From Hemiscyllium ocellatum (taxonomy: Eukaryota), in contig NC_083418.1 of assembly GCF_020745735.1 (NCBI RefSeq), positions 49,369,776 to 49,433,775 on the forward strand: DNA of 64,000 nucleotides, given 5' to 3'. The position numbers were made by a program, and so were the translations under genes. This document shows positions 1-11,800 of the stretch, one piece after another; the stretch's first letter is position 1, and each line of letters opens with the position of its first letter. The notes beneath the pieces are model-generated. The model had not been told where the DNA came from. It worked only from the letters and a program-made list of their open reading frames with translations, and ran no database searches.

Positions 1-707
1 CAGAAAACCAGTGTAAACCAGTGAAACACTAATGTTTCTTAACCCAATCCCAAGCATTCTACTTTTCCTTCACAATTTATCATGCCTCTTGAAGATGCCA
101 ACTTACTGAGAGCCCTCTAGATACTTCCTCAAAGTGGCAATCTTACAGGCATCAGAACATAATTGAGTGCATGTGCAGGAAATGCCTGAAAATATTCAAT
201 ACTCAATTTAGTTCAGTCATGATCTAACATACACATTTATGTAGTTTCTACACAGGTAACTGGATATGATCAAGGGCAGCAAGCATTGTCTTTTTTCATC
301 CAATGTTACTAGCTTAAATTCTACACAGGCTTATGACCATTTAATCAGCTATCTCAGCATAGACTAGGAAAAGAGTTGGAATTCTTCCTGGTCTCTTCCA
401 TTCACCTGGATACAGCACTCAGCTGCTTCTGCCATATTAGTATCTGCTTTTTCTAAGCAAGTTCAGTACAAACAGAAAACAAAAGTGACTGCATTATTGT
501 TTGACATATGATGTACTCACAAAGAATTATTTATAAAAATGGAATTTTGAACCTGAGGAATATTTGATCAATAGAATAAATGCAAAGACAATTGTAATGA
601 AAACATTATCCATGTGTGACCATAAGGTTTAATAAGATGCTTTAATACCTTATCTCATGAATGGAAACAATTAAGTCTGAAATCACATTGCAATTATTTA
701 ACTTTAC

Positions 708-853
708 CTCTAGCCCTCCAGTCTTATCTTGGAAGAGTAAAGTGAATGTTCCATAATCAGAATGCTCTCCACATCGGATCTGATGATCCTTCACAGAGGA
801 GTTCTGTACTGATGGATAATATAGAGCTCGAAGCGTTGTAAAATTTTGATTGC
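708..853 (-). CDS. 2OG-Fe(II) dioxygenase (IPNS-like/UPF0676-like), catalytic exon 5 with HxD motif
   Basis: Encodes (G/S)NQNFTTLRALYYPSVQNSSVKDHQIRCGEHSDYGTFTLLFQDKTGGLE. LR-x-x-x-YP, GEHSDYGTxTLLFQD and GGLEV are typical of the 2OG-FeII_Oxy fold. Acceptor ttccttaaag|GC (phase 1), donor GAG|gtaaag (phase 0), 146 nt. Confidence 0.9.
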
Positions 854-2830
854 CTTTAAGGAATTTCAAAATAGTTTATCATGAGCATGATGAATCAATT
901 ATTTATTTATTCTATTTTTTTCCATTTTTCTCAATATCAGGCAAAAGAATTTGTGAAGGACAAACTCTGTGCTGTGTTGTATAACTATTTGATTTCTAAC
1001 ATTTAAGAGAAAATGTTAAAAAAATGCATAATCAAATCTTTTAATTTACATGTTACAGCTGCAAATGGAAAATAAATTCTATCCTTTCAAATAGGTCAAT
1101 TCATATTTTAATGTTTGTGCTCACTCAATGCTCATACATAGTGGTACTCATACCACCACACAAGCATATTTACTCATAAATGAAATGCCACTGTCTTATA
1201 TGTCAAACCTCACTTGTTTTGTGGCAATCACAACACAGGCTCATTTTTAGTAACTAACTACTCCCAATAGCGATAAAAATTGTCCGCGAATATTCAATTT
1301 CTATCATCTGACCAGTCACCTTACATAGTCTAAAATGATACTAAAAGAAACTTGGATGTAAGGTGACTGTGTTTTGCACTTGAACATAGAGGCTTCTTAG
1401 ACTTGCAATAATGTGGAATAAACAAGACCATTCTGCACTGAAATTATCATTTTAGCAAATCATTTAGCAATTTTATCAAATTTCTGAACATAATCAACTA
1501 AATCAGTCTCAAGAAATCTGCACCTCCTGTGTTAATTCACATTTGTATGAGAAGTTGTAAACCTTGAATCCGAAAGTTGCCTGAACTGTTCAGCTTACGA
1601 AGACAATGGAGCCATTCTTGGGAATTCTCCACCTACATTTCAGGATTTGCTTAGCAAAGCAGGAGAGAGAGAAAAGAAAAACTGAATTTGCAACAAGAAC
1701 TGGCAATCTCTTTCTGTCCCCTGCTCTGTTCCTTGCCTTTCCAAACCCAATATTCAGTGAAAAAACAAATTGCGGAAACAACCATTGACCAAGAATTCAA
1801 GATATCTAAAACCACTGTTGAGGAAACAAGTCAAAACTTCAATAACTGTGGCTCAAGTTACAATCTGACACTTCATGGACCCGGAACAATTAGAATCATA
1901 GAGTCATAGAAATTATTTATTCTTCTGATGTGTATCAGTCTCAATCATTTTTTTGTTTAAAAACATATTATCTGTGTTTGTTGCTGAGTTTTTTTTAACA
2001 GGTTTTCAGGTTTAGTAAGTAATAAAATCCCTCTTTCCCTCACTGCAGGAATGGGCCCATTCAGTTTGATTGACCTAACTACATTTTTCATTGATGTGGG
2101 AGAAAGCTACACACTAAATGGAAATGGAAATGTATGTTCCAACTAACAAAGCGGGATCAAAGAGAGAAGATTTGGGGGAGGATTCAAGATGGCAGCGATC
2201 AAACAGATCTGCCTTGCTGGGCTCCACACCACAATCCAGGCAAAGTGGCGCTTTCACCCTCCCCTTATTAGCCATTTTCGAAAAATCGACAGTGTGAAGT
2301 CCCCAGAGTTTCTAAGTATCACTTTTAATGTTCAAGGAAGATGACGAAAGGAAAGGGATTGCGTCGATCGCAACATGCAGGGCACTCCCCTGCAGCAATG
2401 GATGTGTTCGTTGCTGCAGCGCCAATTCCGTGGAGGCACCTTTGAACTTAACCGACCAGCAGAGTTTGGTCTCAGAGTTCGTCAAACTCTGAGGGAGGAT
2501 TGAGTCAGCACTGGAGGTGTCCCGACCAGGCAGGAACCAATCTCAGCCATGCTACAGAAGCATGAGCAGGTGATCCAGCATCTCAGGCAGTGCATGGAGG
2601 AGGTGGAACAGCCTGGTCCTAGCTTGATTTTAATGTTATAGAGACAAGAAAGTGGCCAAGGAAGCTTCCAGAATGCTGGGGAAAGATCCACAGGTCCTGA
2701 TTGCCAAGGGGTCAAAAATCATGTTTTTTTCAGGACTTTTCTGGGGCTGCAATCTGGAAAAGGAAATCTTATGATGAAGTGAGGAAGAGGCTGAGAAACT
2801 TGAACATTCTATATTCTGGACCCAGCAGAG

Positions 2831-3144
2831 TTAGATTAGATTAGACTTACAGTGTGGAAACAGGCCCTTCGGCCCAACAAGTCCACACCAACCCGCCGAA
2901 GCGCAACCCATCCATACCCCTACATTTACCCCTTACCTAACACTACAGGCAATTTAGCATGGCCAATTCACCTGACCCGCACATCATTGGACTGTGGGAG
3001 GAAACCGGAGCACCCAGAGGAAACCCATGCAGACACGGGGAGAACGTGCAAACTCCACACAGTCAGTCGCCTGAGTCGGGAATTGAACCCGGGTCTCAGG
3101 CGCTGTGTGGCAGCAGTGCTAACCACTGTGCCACCATGCCGCCC
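2831..3144 (-). mobile_element. HE1-like tRNA-derived V-SINE, near full length
   Basis: tRNA-like head (GGCACAGTGGTTAGCAC...GGTTCAATTCCC), central V-domain, CR1-like 3' end and (AATCT)n tail. Many near-identical copies occur in the window. Confidence 0.9.
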
Positions 3145-3286
3145 ACTCCATGGCTGAAGTTGCGCTTCAGCCATGGAGGGTCCGTGTATAATTTTGATTC
3201 AACGAGAAGGCAAAGGATTTCCTAGACACTTTATTTTCCTAGACACTGGTTGGGTCAAATACTATGGACAATAATATTTCCTTTGT

Positions 3287-3960
3287 TAGAGTCATAGAGT
3301 CATAGAGATGTACAGCATGGAAACAGACCCTTCAGTCCAACCCGTCCATGCCGATCAGATATCCCAACCCAATCTAGTCCCACCTGCCAGCAACCGTCCC
3401 ATATCCCTCCTAACCCTTCCTATTCATATACCCATCCAAATGCCTCTTAAATGTTGCAATTGTATCAGCCTCCACCACTTCCTCTGGCAGCTCATTCCAT
3501 ACACGTACCACCCTCTGCATGAAAACATTGCCCCTTAGGTCTCTTTTATATCTTTCCCCTCTCACCCTAAACCTATGCCCTCTAGTTCTGGACTCCCCGA
3601 CCCCAGGGAAAAGACTTTGTCTATTTATCCTATCCTTGCCCCTCATAATTTTGTAGACCTCTATAAGGTCACCCCTCAGCCTCCAACGCTCCAGGGCAAA
3701 CAGCCTGTTCAGCCTCTCCCTATAGCTCAAATCCTCCAACCCTGGCAACATCCTTGTAAATCTTTTCTGAACCCTTTCAAGTTTCACAATATCTTTCCAA
3801 TAGGAAGGAGACCAGAATTGCACACAATATTCCAACAGTGGCCTAATCAATGTCCTGTAGAGCTGCAACATGACCTCCCAACTCCTATACTCAATACTCT
3901 GACCAATAAAGGAAAGCATACCAAACGCCTTCTTCACTATCCTATCTACCTGCGACTCCA
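3287..3960 (-). mobile_element. CR1/HER1-like LINE 3' fragment
   Basis: RT C-terminal remnant (RPLLEYCVQFWSP...LRGDLIEVYKIM...RTRGH) with a (CTATGACT)n tail. Confidence 0.9.
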
Positions 3961-6910
3961 TGTTCTCACTGTTGTTTACTTTGTGTGCCTGGCTTTATTT
4001 CTGTAATATGTAAAACTGTTTCTTCGTTCCCTTTCTTGTTATTTTTACTAGTCCCTGTTTTTTTTTTGGTTAAGGTGGTCATTTCCTTTATTGACAACAA
4101 GCGAGGTTGATGTATGGGTGGGATGGGTTGGCTGCCCACTTTTAATTTCCATGTGTATGAGGTGTATGTTTCTTTGTTTCTGTTTTGCCTGGTTTTGGGT
4201 CTCGGCTTCAGCCGGAAGGAGCCACGGAGGTGTTAGTGAGAAGAGTGAGTGCCACCTATAGGCATGGGATACGTTTTCAGTTATTTGTCTTTTGTTTATT
4301 TTAGGAACAGTTATTAGAATTTTTGCTTTGGCATTGTTTGTAGTTGTATTTTTTAGATTTTATGAATCTTTTCTTGTCTCCATTCAGTGCATGATGAGTG
4401 GGTTCTTTCTCTTGGGAGGTCATGGGCTGCTTTAGATGGCTATGGCTAGTTGCTCGTTTGGGTGATGCACCTGGAACATAAAGGAGAGTCACTCACCAGT
4501 TAAAGGAAAGAAAATGTTCTCAAGTCTCAGAACAGTGAGGGTTAATATTGCTCTGCTACAAGAAGCTCACTTAGATGATACGGAGCATCTAAAGTTACAG
4601 CAGGGAGAGTTCAGCCGGGTATTCTTCTTGTCTTTTAATTCCAAATGTAGAGGAGTGGCTACTAATACAGAAGAATCAACCATTCCAGTTGATAGACCAA
4701 ATTAAGGACGAGCATGGGCAATTTGTTATCCTCAAAATCCTAATACATGGGCAGGAGTATGGCAATTTTTATGTTTACTGCCTCCTAGCACACCCCTCAA
4801 GTTTTTAACTGATGCACTTTCCAGGCTGATGGCCCTTGGAGAGTGCCACATGATTATAGGGGGAGTCTTTGACCATCTTATCCCGAGGTGGATAGGATGC
4901 CAAGAGGTCTTTTGGGTATCTCTCCACAATCCAAACAGTTGGTGGACCTAGGTGGGGAGTTGGGGTTGGTGACTGTGTGGAGATGTCTTCACCTAAGGGA
5001 AGGGATTTTACTTTCTTCTCCAACCCGCACAAATGTCACACAAGGATCGATATATTTTTTGGCCCCCGCCGACTTTTTTGGTTTCACTACTAACCTGTAA
5101 CATTGGGAATATAGCCATTTCAGACCATGAGGCAGTGTATTTAGAGATTAAGATCAGGGTAATGGGACAGACATGCAGCATTGGCATATGGATCCTTTTC
5201 TTTTGAAAGGCAGTAAGTTCATTGAGTATTTCATAAGGGAGTTTCAGACCTTCTGGGATATTAATTTGGGTATGGCCATTAACTCATCAGAGCTCTGGGA
5301 GACTGCCAAGGCTTATTCAAGGGGTAAATTATCTCATATTCAGCAACCCAGAAGAGATAGAGGGGAGAGCAATGGCGTTTCTTGAGGCCCAGTTGACGGC
5401 AGCCAAGACAACACATTTTGACAGACCCTCTGTGAATAGGTTACAGTGGATTACAGATCTTCAGGCTGATATGAACTCCGTGTTCACCCAAGCAGCTAAG
5501 AGAGAAATCTCCTTCATGAAGCAAAGACTATTTGAGAATGGTGATAAGCCAGGTAGATACTTGGCTTTTCTGGCCAGCAAGACGAGCGCTCCTCAATCTA
5601 TCATGTCCTTTAGAGAGGATGCTGGTACTCCCACTCATGAGTCCAAAAAGATCAATACAGCATTTTGGAAATTTTATGCAGAGTCATACTGGTCGAGATC
5701 TGTGAGGATGGTTTGGCGAGTATAGAGTCCTTTTTTGAGAACTTGGATCTTCCAGGTATAATTTTCTTTTCAATGCCCCTCTGACAACACAAAAGATACA
5801 AGAGATGGCAAGGCAGCTCCGAAGTATAATTGCACCTGGCACCAACGGATTCCCAAGCGAGTTTTATAAAGAGTTTATAAACATATTGGCGAAGCCAATG
5901 TTGGGCATATATCACCATTCGTACAGTGAGGACTGCCTCCTGCCCTCTCTCAGGGAAGCTCATATTTCCCTTATTCTTAAGAGACGGAAAGATCCTGAGG
6001 ACTGCGCCACATACAAATCCATCTCGCTGTTAAATGTGGATGTTAAAATACTGTCTAAAACATTGGCATTGAGGCTGGTGAAGGTATTGCCCTCTATGTA
6101 AAGGAGGACTAGACTGGTTTCATTAAGGGTCGCAGCTCTTCTATCAACATCAGAAGAATGTTGAATGCAGTCCAGGTGTGCTAGCAAAGGTTGATCCCAG
6201 GCTTGGTAGTCTCCCTAGATGCGGAAAAAGCATTTGATGATGTGGAATGGCTGTACCTTTTTAATGTCATGGAACAATTTGGTCTTAGTTGGGGGAGGGC
6301 GGGAAGGCGGAGAGGTGATCTTCCCCAGGTGGCTGGCAGTGTTGTAGAGTGATCCCATGGCAGCGGTTCTCACAAATGGTATAAAATCAGACAATTTTAG
6401 TATTGGGAGAAGCAGCCGTCAAGGGGAGTGTAATGCTACTTTGGGGAGTATAGTTGAGTTCTTTTTAAATTGCTGGATCCCATCAAAATCCTGGTAATCC
6501 ACTCCCCCCGTGTGGTGGAAAGTTATATTGCCTGGAGAATCCATTGATTGAGTTGTGCTGATTTCCTCTTGAACGCACAAGTAAGGCAAAAAGCACAAAA
6601 TACTTTTTTTAAAAAAGCCCTTCCGGCTCCGAATGATCTTTTCACCTTCATGTGATGGTAAAGTCACTGTTGGCTGAGGAAATTTTAAAAGTGCGAATGA
6701 TCTGATCTCAGGAGCATGAAGTAAGTCCGTAACTTGTTTGATTTGACAACCTACTGATAGTTTAAATGGACAGGTCCAACCATCTCTGACCCAGTTTCTG
6801 CTCAGCCAATGTTATATCAGGCCCGTCATAAGAGGTGATGAGCTCAGTTGCCAAATGGCTCTCACTTAGTTCAGAACAATGTAAATAGCTTAAGTACCCT
6901 TCCCGTTTGT

Positions 6911-7118
6911 GTTAAAAAAATCACACAACACCAGGTTATAGTCCAACAGGTTTATTTGGAAGCATTAGCTTTTGGAGCGTTGCTCCTTCATCAGGTGAAT
7001 GATGAAGGAGCAGCGTTCGAAAGCTAGTGATTCCAAATAGACCAGTTGGACTATAAGCTGGTGTTGTGTGATTTTTAACTTTGTACACCCCAGTCCAACA
7101 CCAGCACCTCCAAATCAT
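6911..7118. mobile_element. Fold-back pair of Penelope-like terminal repeats (family B) with degenerate hammerhead motifs
   Basis: aaaaatcacacaacaccagg...ccttcatcag is followed by its reverse complement tgatgaagg...gtgttgtgtgattttt. Same repeat family as 8250-8360 and 62739-62945. Confidence 0.7.
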
Positions 7119-7569
7119 CACTTCCTGACTGAGACAGACTTAGAAACTTCTCACTATACCCCCTGAGCATGGAAAAGAATAGCAACTGACCACTAACATA
7201 AATTGCTGAGGAAAATGGCACAGGATGAAGAATCAGCTGAGGATGACCCAAGGAGAACACTTTCAAAAGGGATTGCTAACATGGGGTCTGAGAGATTAAC
7301 TTCCAGTTTGCTCAGGATTCATTGACAAATAGCAGAGTTGGATAGTGGATATGGCATGTAATCACAAAATAATGTTCTGGTGGAGCAGGGATCTCTCAGC
7401 TGTTGCTTGTGACATTTTGTGATCTCATTGGCAACATGATCACAAAGCGAAGGAAGGGTTTGTTAACAATGTGTTTTTTTAACTATTAACAAGCAAAGAG
7501 AAAATGGCACCACTTAATTTCCTTTCAAATAATTGCAAATGCTTTCAATACTTAAATATTGTGTAAGCC

Positions 7570-8360
7570 TATCACCACATGTCACATTACAGGTGATCAC
7601 CATTGCACTACACACACACAGATATTCCTACACACACACACACTCTCACACACACACGGACACAGGTACATACAGGAGCGCACACAGACACCCACACACA
7701 CCCTTGTAGACACATACACTCCCACGCTCACACATGCACCCCCTCGCAGACTTAAGACACTCTGCACCCACTATACACAAATACACAAACACACACACAT
7801 ACACACACACCACCCCAGACAGACAGACACACACAGACAGACAAAGACACACATGCACACATATATTTTGTGGGGTGAATTTGTACTTGCAAAGTTACAT
7901 TGCACTTTGCTCAAAACTGCATACATTCATGTAGAACTCTGAGCTCAAAAACTGCAGGAATTTATGTAAAACACTGTTATTTCACTTATTAGATTAGAAT
8001 CAATCTAAACATCAGGTCATAGACAGAGAACACTGGGGGCCAACACCTTCAACATATTGTCTGTCTATCACCATTGTTAGCAGCTAACCCGAGAATGCAA
8101 CTTTAAAAAGAAGGGTTTTGTCATTTACACATGAAAGAAGTGAAACTATCACAGTATTCTAACAAATGAAAGGCATAACAGACAATCAATTTTTCAATGT
8201 ATCATTTCAGTTACATCACACTGCAGATTTTTGCTATAAATTCTGTGTTACGATCGAGCCCTCCACAATCACCTGATAAAGAAGCGTCGCTCCGAAAGCT
8301 AGTGTGCTTCCAATTAAACCTGTTGGACTATAACCTGGTGTTGTGTGATTTTTAACTTTG
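7570..8360 (+). mobile_element. Penelope-like element 3' fragment (family B) with a CA-rich microsatellite (about 7608-7860)
   Basis: Ends in the same terminal repeat as 6911-7118 (cacctgataaagaagcgtcgctccgaaagctagtg...gtgattttt). Long imperfect (CA)n tract. Confidence 0.65.
8270..8304 (+). ncRNA. Degenerate minimal hammerhead ribozyme motif (family B)
   Basis: CAC-CTGATAA-agaagcgtcgctcc-GAAAGCTA-GTG. The core CUGAUGA is mutated to CUGAUAA, so it is probably inactive. Confidence 0.5.
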
Positions 8361-8574
8361 ACCACCCGACAAGATTTCTTGAGGGAATAATCATGAGAAA
8401 GCTATTGCCCTTCATGTCCTCAGGATGAATATATTGATTTTCTACTTCAACACCAATCACCTGGAAGTCCCCAAACTTCTTTAATATATATAAATGTTTA
8501 TATTTATATTGTGGAAAGATTTATAGAGTCATAAACCAAAATTGGATAGTACTGCTTATTGAACTGATACTTAC

Positions 8575-8717
8575 TGCTTGTTGATGAAGAAATCCCTCTC
8601 AAGACCCAGGCCCAGTGCAATCACTTTCAGAATTTTTACTGACAGCTGCTGACACGTTTTGAAGAATGATTCCACGCATTCCCGAAACTCAGGATTGTTG
8701 TTAATAACAGGCCATTT
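8575..8717 (-). CDS. 2OG-Fe(II) dioxygenase exon 4
   Basis: Acceptor tctatttctctag|AAA, donor CA|gtaagt, 143 nt. Encodes KWPVINNNPEFRECVESFFKTCQQLSVKILKVIALGLGLERDFFINK, with the family-typical WP...F...L...IALGLGL...FF. Too short to appear in the ORF track. Confidence 0.88.
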
Positions 8718-10910
8718 CTAGAGAAATAGATAAATAGAAACAGCAGGGCTTTAATAAAGTTTTATTTACTGAAGTAACAAATGCAATGCTATCTTTACTT
8801 GATTCTGAAAATAATTTAAATATCTTGTGTCAGTAAATAGGAGGTTGCAATGTTGGTTCAGTGATGAGTGGAGAAGGGTTGAAATACTGATGAAAGATTT
8901 GTGAAGGATTTGCAATGCAATATGAGAGGCTTGAACACAAATAAATTAATTTCTGCTTTCAGATCCCCAATGAGGGTGGATCGATCTTGTGCTTGCATAA
9001 ATGTCCTGTTGTACAATTAATTCTTGTAATTTTAACATCCATTTCTATCAGTAGTTAAACACACACACTATGACTGCCTGGTAATGCTGTCAAGTCAGCC
9101 CTTTGATCTTTCAGGGTTAATCTTCAATGACTTCTGGCTTACCCATACTCAGCCTCATCATTGGGGCTTCCTCTGACTCATTCATCCCCCACTATCGCTA
9201 TCAAATGTCTTTCTGATGTTCAATATCATAATGCTAAGTTTAAAGCTGAGAACAAATTTTACAGTGTTTAATTATTTCGAGCACTGTTTCTCAAGCGTTT
9301 TTAGTTTTTAAGTGGCTTATTTTCCAACCAAGATATAATGTTCTAAATTCCTTTAAATGAACATTGCTGAATGTGAAATCTATAATTTTTTTCAATACAC
9401 TTACAACAATTTTGTAAGGTCTGAAGCTGCTTCACATTTAATTGTTTTGGACAGAAATACAGACCTGGATGTATTATTTTTAAAGGTCAGGGGAAAGACA
9501 TTGGGCTCAATCTTGCATAACTTCAGCTAAATCAGGATTGAACAATGACGTTAAGGGGGGTTTCATACCCTAACGTGCCTTATTAATGACCTTTCATTCT
9601 GCTGTAATGTCTCTCTGATTGCCCCCAGTCGTGTCATGCTTTAATCCTGGGACAATTTGCCATTCAACAGATATCTAGCAAAAGACTGCCAATCCTTGCA
9701 CCTGCCACTATACACCCAGACAAGCCTTTGTTAATCCAACCTCACCCTTCATTGACAACATAATAGCACTGCAGTCAGATAGCCCTACCATCCATACCAA
9801 ATGGCAGTCACAATCACTTATGCAAACCTAATCTCTTAGTTGCTCTTTAAGCACTAGGCCACACACTTTACCTGTCCTTAGTTACATCTCATTTGAACAA
9901 CCTTTTCATGTCAATACTACCCCATCCACAGTACCCAACAAAAACCCACTTCTTGTCAGTGTCCAGTCAGGCAACATCATATTCAGTAAAGCAATCAGAC
10001 AAATGCAAACATTAGCTTTTATTTATGGAGAGCAAAAGGGAACACAGTTGAAGGCAACAGAGTTTGAGCTGAGCCCTTGACAATGCCAACCAATTTCAGA
10101 ATCATGGCCAAAGACAATTTTACTGTCAGTGAGCATAGGCTGCATACAGATCAGTTCTACTGAGGTACTATCTGTTTTGTATCACTTATTGCAGCTATTG
10201 TGGGCGCCTTCTCCTCTTCTTCAGAGAAATTATCCCACTCCCCAAGTTTGTCTGTGGCCTGGATGTCACCTGTTCCACTTGTGTAAAACACTGCACTGGA
10301 CTATCCTGGAGGATAGCCTGAGACCTGTTCAAGCAAGCAAAGTGATTTTCAACAGTCCTATACTCTGTTCCAACATAGCCCTAGGTTGAGGCATGGCAGG
10401 CATTAACTATGCACTCCACAACAGTCAGGGGATTGCACATTGGAGTCACAAGTCATCATTGCACTGATATAACCTATGGTTCCCCGCAGTAACCAGCTCA
10501 TATAGAGATGGGTCTCTGTGGATGACTTGTCTAAATTTTGCCACACTTCTCACCACAGTCCACATCACTTACACCCCTGAAATATTCTGCTTCATGAGGA
10601 CGTCTTAAAAATTTAAAACAGGACTTCTTGGAAATCATGACTGATCCCGATTGGTTGAACTCACCTCAGGAAGAATCACCACCAATAACAATGATTCATC
10701 CTCCTAGCCAGATCGCTATCCTCTCACTTGTCTGTCCAACTGGTATTCTCTCTCTTCGGCCTCGATCCCCACCTATCATTTACTCCTTAGCCCCCTCCCC
10801 CACTCTATCACCTGCATATAGACTGACATTCTTTGCTCGCTGTTTGACTGGCTAATATATGAAAATTCTTTGGCATTTAATCAATTCCCTACATATTAGT
10901 CAGGATCTGA

Positions 10911-11800
10911 GCCTGACAATGAACTTTCTGGTGCACATGCTCTCTGTTGTGCTGATCAAGCAGATGTAAGAAATCAAAATCAGAGTCAACAGGACAGGCT
11001 CAACAGGCACCATTATACCACTGTTCACATTCACATTGCTTCATAGATTAGATTAGATTAGATTAGATTAGATTAGATTACTTACAGTGTGGAAACAGGC
11101 CTTTCGGCCCAACAAGTCCACACTGACCCGCCGAAGCGCAACCCACCCATACCCCTACATTTACCCCTTACCTAACACTACGGGCAATTTAGCATGGCCA
11201 ATTCACCTGACCCGCACATCTTTGGACTGTGGGAGGAAACCGGAGCAAACCCACGCAGACACGGGGAGAACGTGCAAACTCCACACAGTCAGTCACCAGA
11301 GGCGGGAATTGAACCCAGGTCCCTGGTGCTGTGAGGCAGCAGTGCTAACCACTGTGCCACCGTGATGCCCACAACTCAGATCTCATGGGAGAACCAGGGA
11401 TTTATGTTACAAATGCCTGAAAATACAAAGCAGATTATCCGAGCAGGACCGAAATAATTGGTTTTTGGGTGAGGCTGATGGTTGATGGAAAAGAGTTGAG
11501 GAGGCAGAGAAACAGGAAGCAAGGGCCTGACAATGAACCGTCTGGTGCACATGCTCTCAGCTGAGCTGCTCAAGGAGACAAAATTAATCAAAATAAGGGT
11601 CAACGGGCACCATTGCACCACTGTTCACATGCACGTTATTTCATGGACCACCAGGGGTCCATGGACCCAGTTAAAGAACCAAGGATTTATATCACAAATG
11701 CCTGAAAATATAGAGCAGATTTAAAGCATGATATAAATAACAAGATTTTGGTTGAGGCATCGGGTGGATGGGGAAGAGTTGAGGAGGCAGAGAAAGAGGA
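10911..11800. repeat. Diverged tandem duplication of a unit of about 280 bp, first copy split by a SINE
   Basis: gcctgacaatgaac...ctggtgcacatgctctc...ccactgttcacat...acaaatgcctgaaaata...gagttgaggaggcagagaaa occurs at about 10911-11520 (SINE at 11044-11370) and about 11525-11800. Confidence 0.8.
11044..11370 (-). mobile_element. HE1-like V-SINE
   Basis: Same consensus as 2831-3144, with about 7 TAGAT tail units. Confidence 0.9.

Larger units (their letters stand above)
2170..6425 (+). mobile_element. Decayed L1 LINE (5'UTR/ORF1, ORF2 endonuclease and partial RT), interrupted by a SINE and a CR1
   Basis: CAAGATGGC-type 5' start near 2187. Endonuclease remnants IALLQEAHL and IGGVFDH, RT remnants YKSISLLNVDVKILSK and LDAEKAFD. 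Many frameshifts; ends abruptly at the SRQG motif. Confidence 0.85.

Noticed and set aside
1-700. Search for the next dioxygenase exon (distal His, RxS)
   Set aside because: No frame on the minus strand gave family motifs; the exon is presumably beyond the window edge.
1020-1335. Other microexon candidates (CTGTAACAT at about 1050-1058; ACTATGTAAG at 1320-1329; TATCGCTATTGGGA at 1262-1275; TAAATATGCTT near 1162-1172)
   Set aside because: The first two have the wrong length modulo 3, the third lacks an AG acceptor, and the last has poor GAG/GTGTGG sites.
1590-1909. Short overlapping ORFs including a QNFNNC motif reminiscent of tyrosine-recombinase element tails (similar NFKNC near 20315)
   Set aside because: No catalytic motifs, no splice-compatible frame and several stops; the similarity is too weak.
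2852-3225. Recurrent ORFs such as MWKQALRPNKSTPTRRSATHPYP (also 11087, 42813, 55998)
   Set aside because: These are translations of V-SINE copies, not a multicopy protein family.
7559-7942. His/Thr-rich and Val/Cys-rich ORFs
   Set aside because: Translations of the CA microsatellite.
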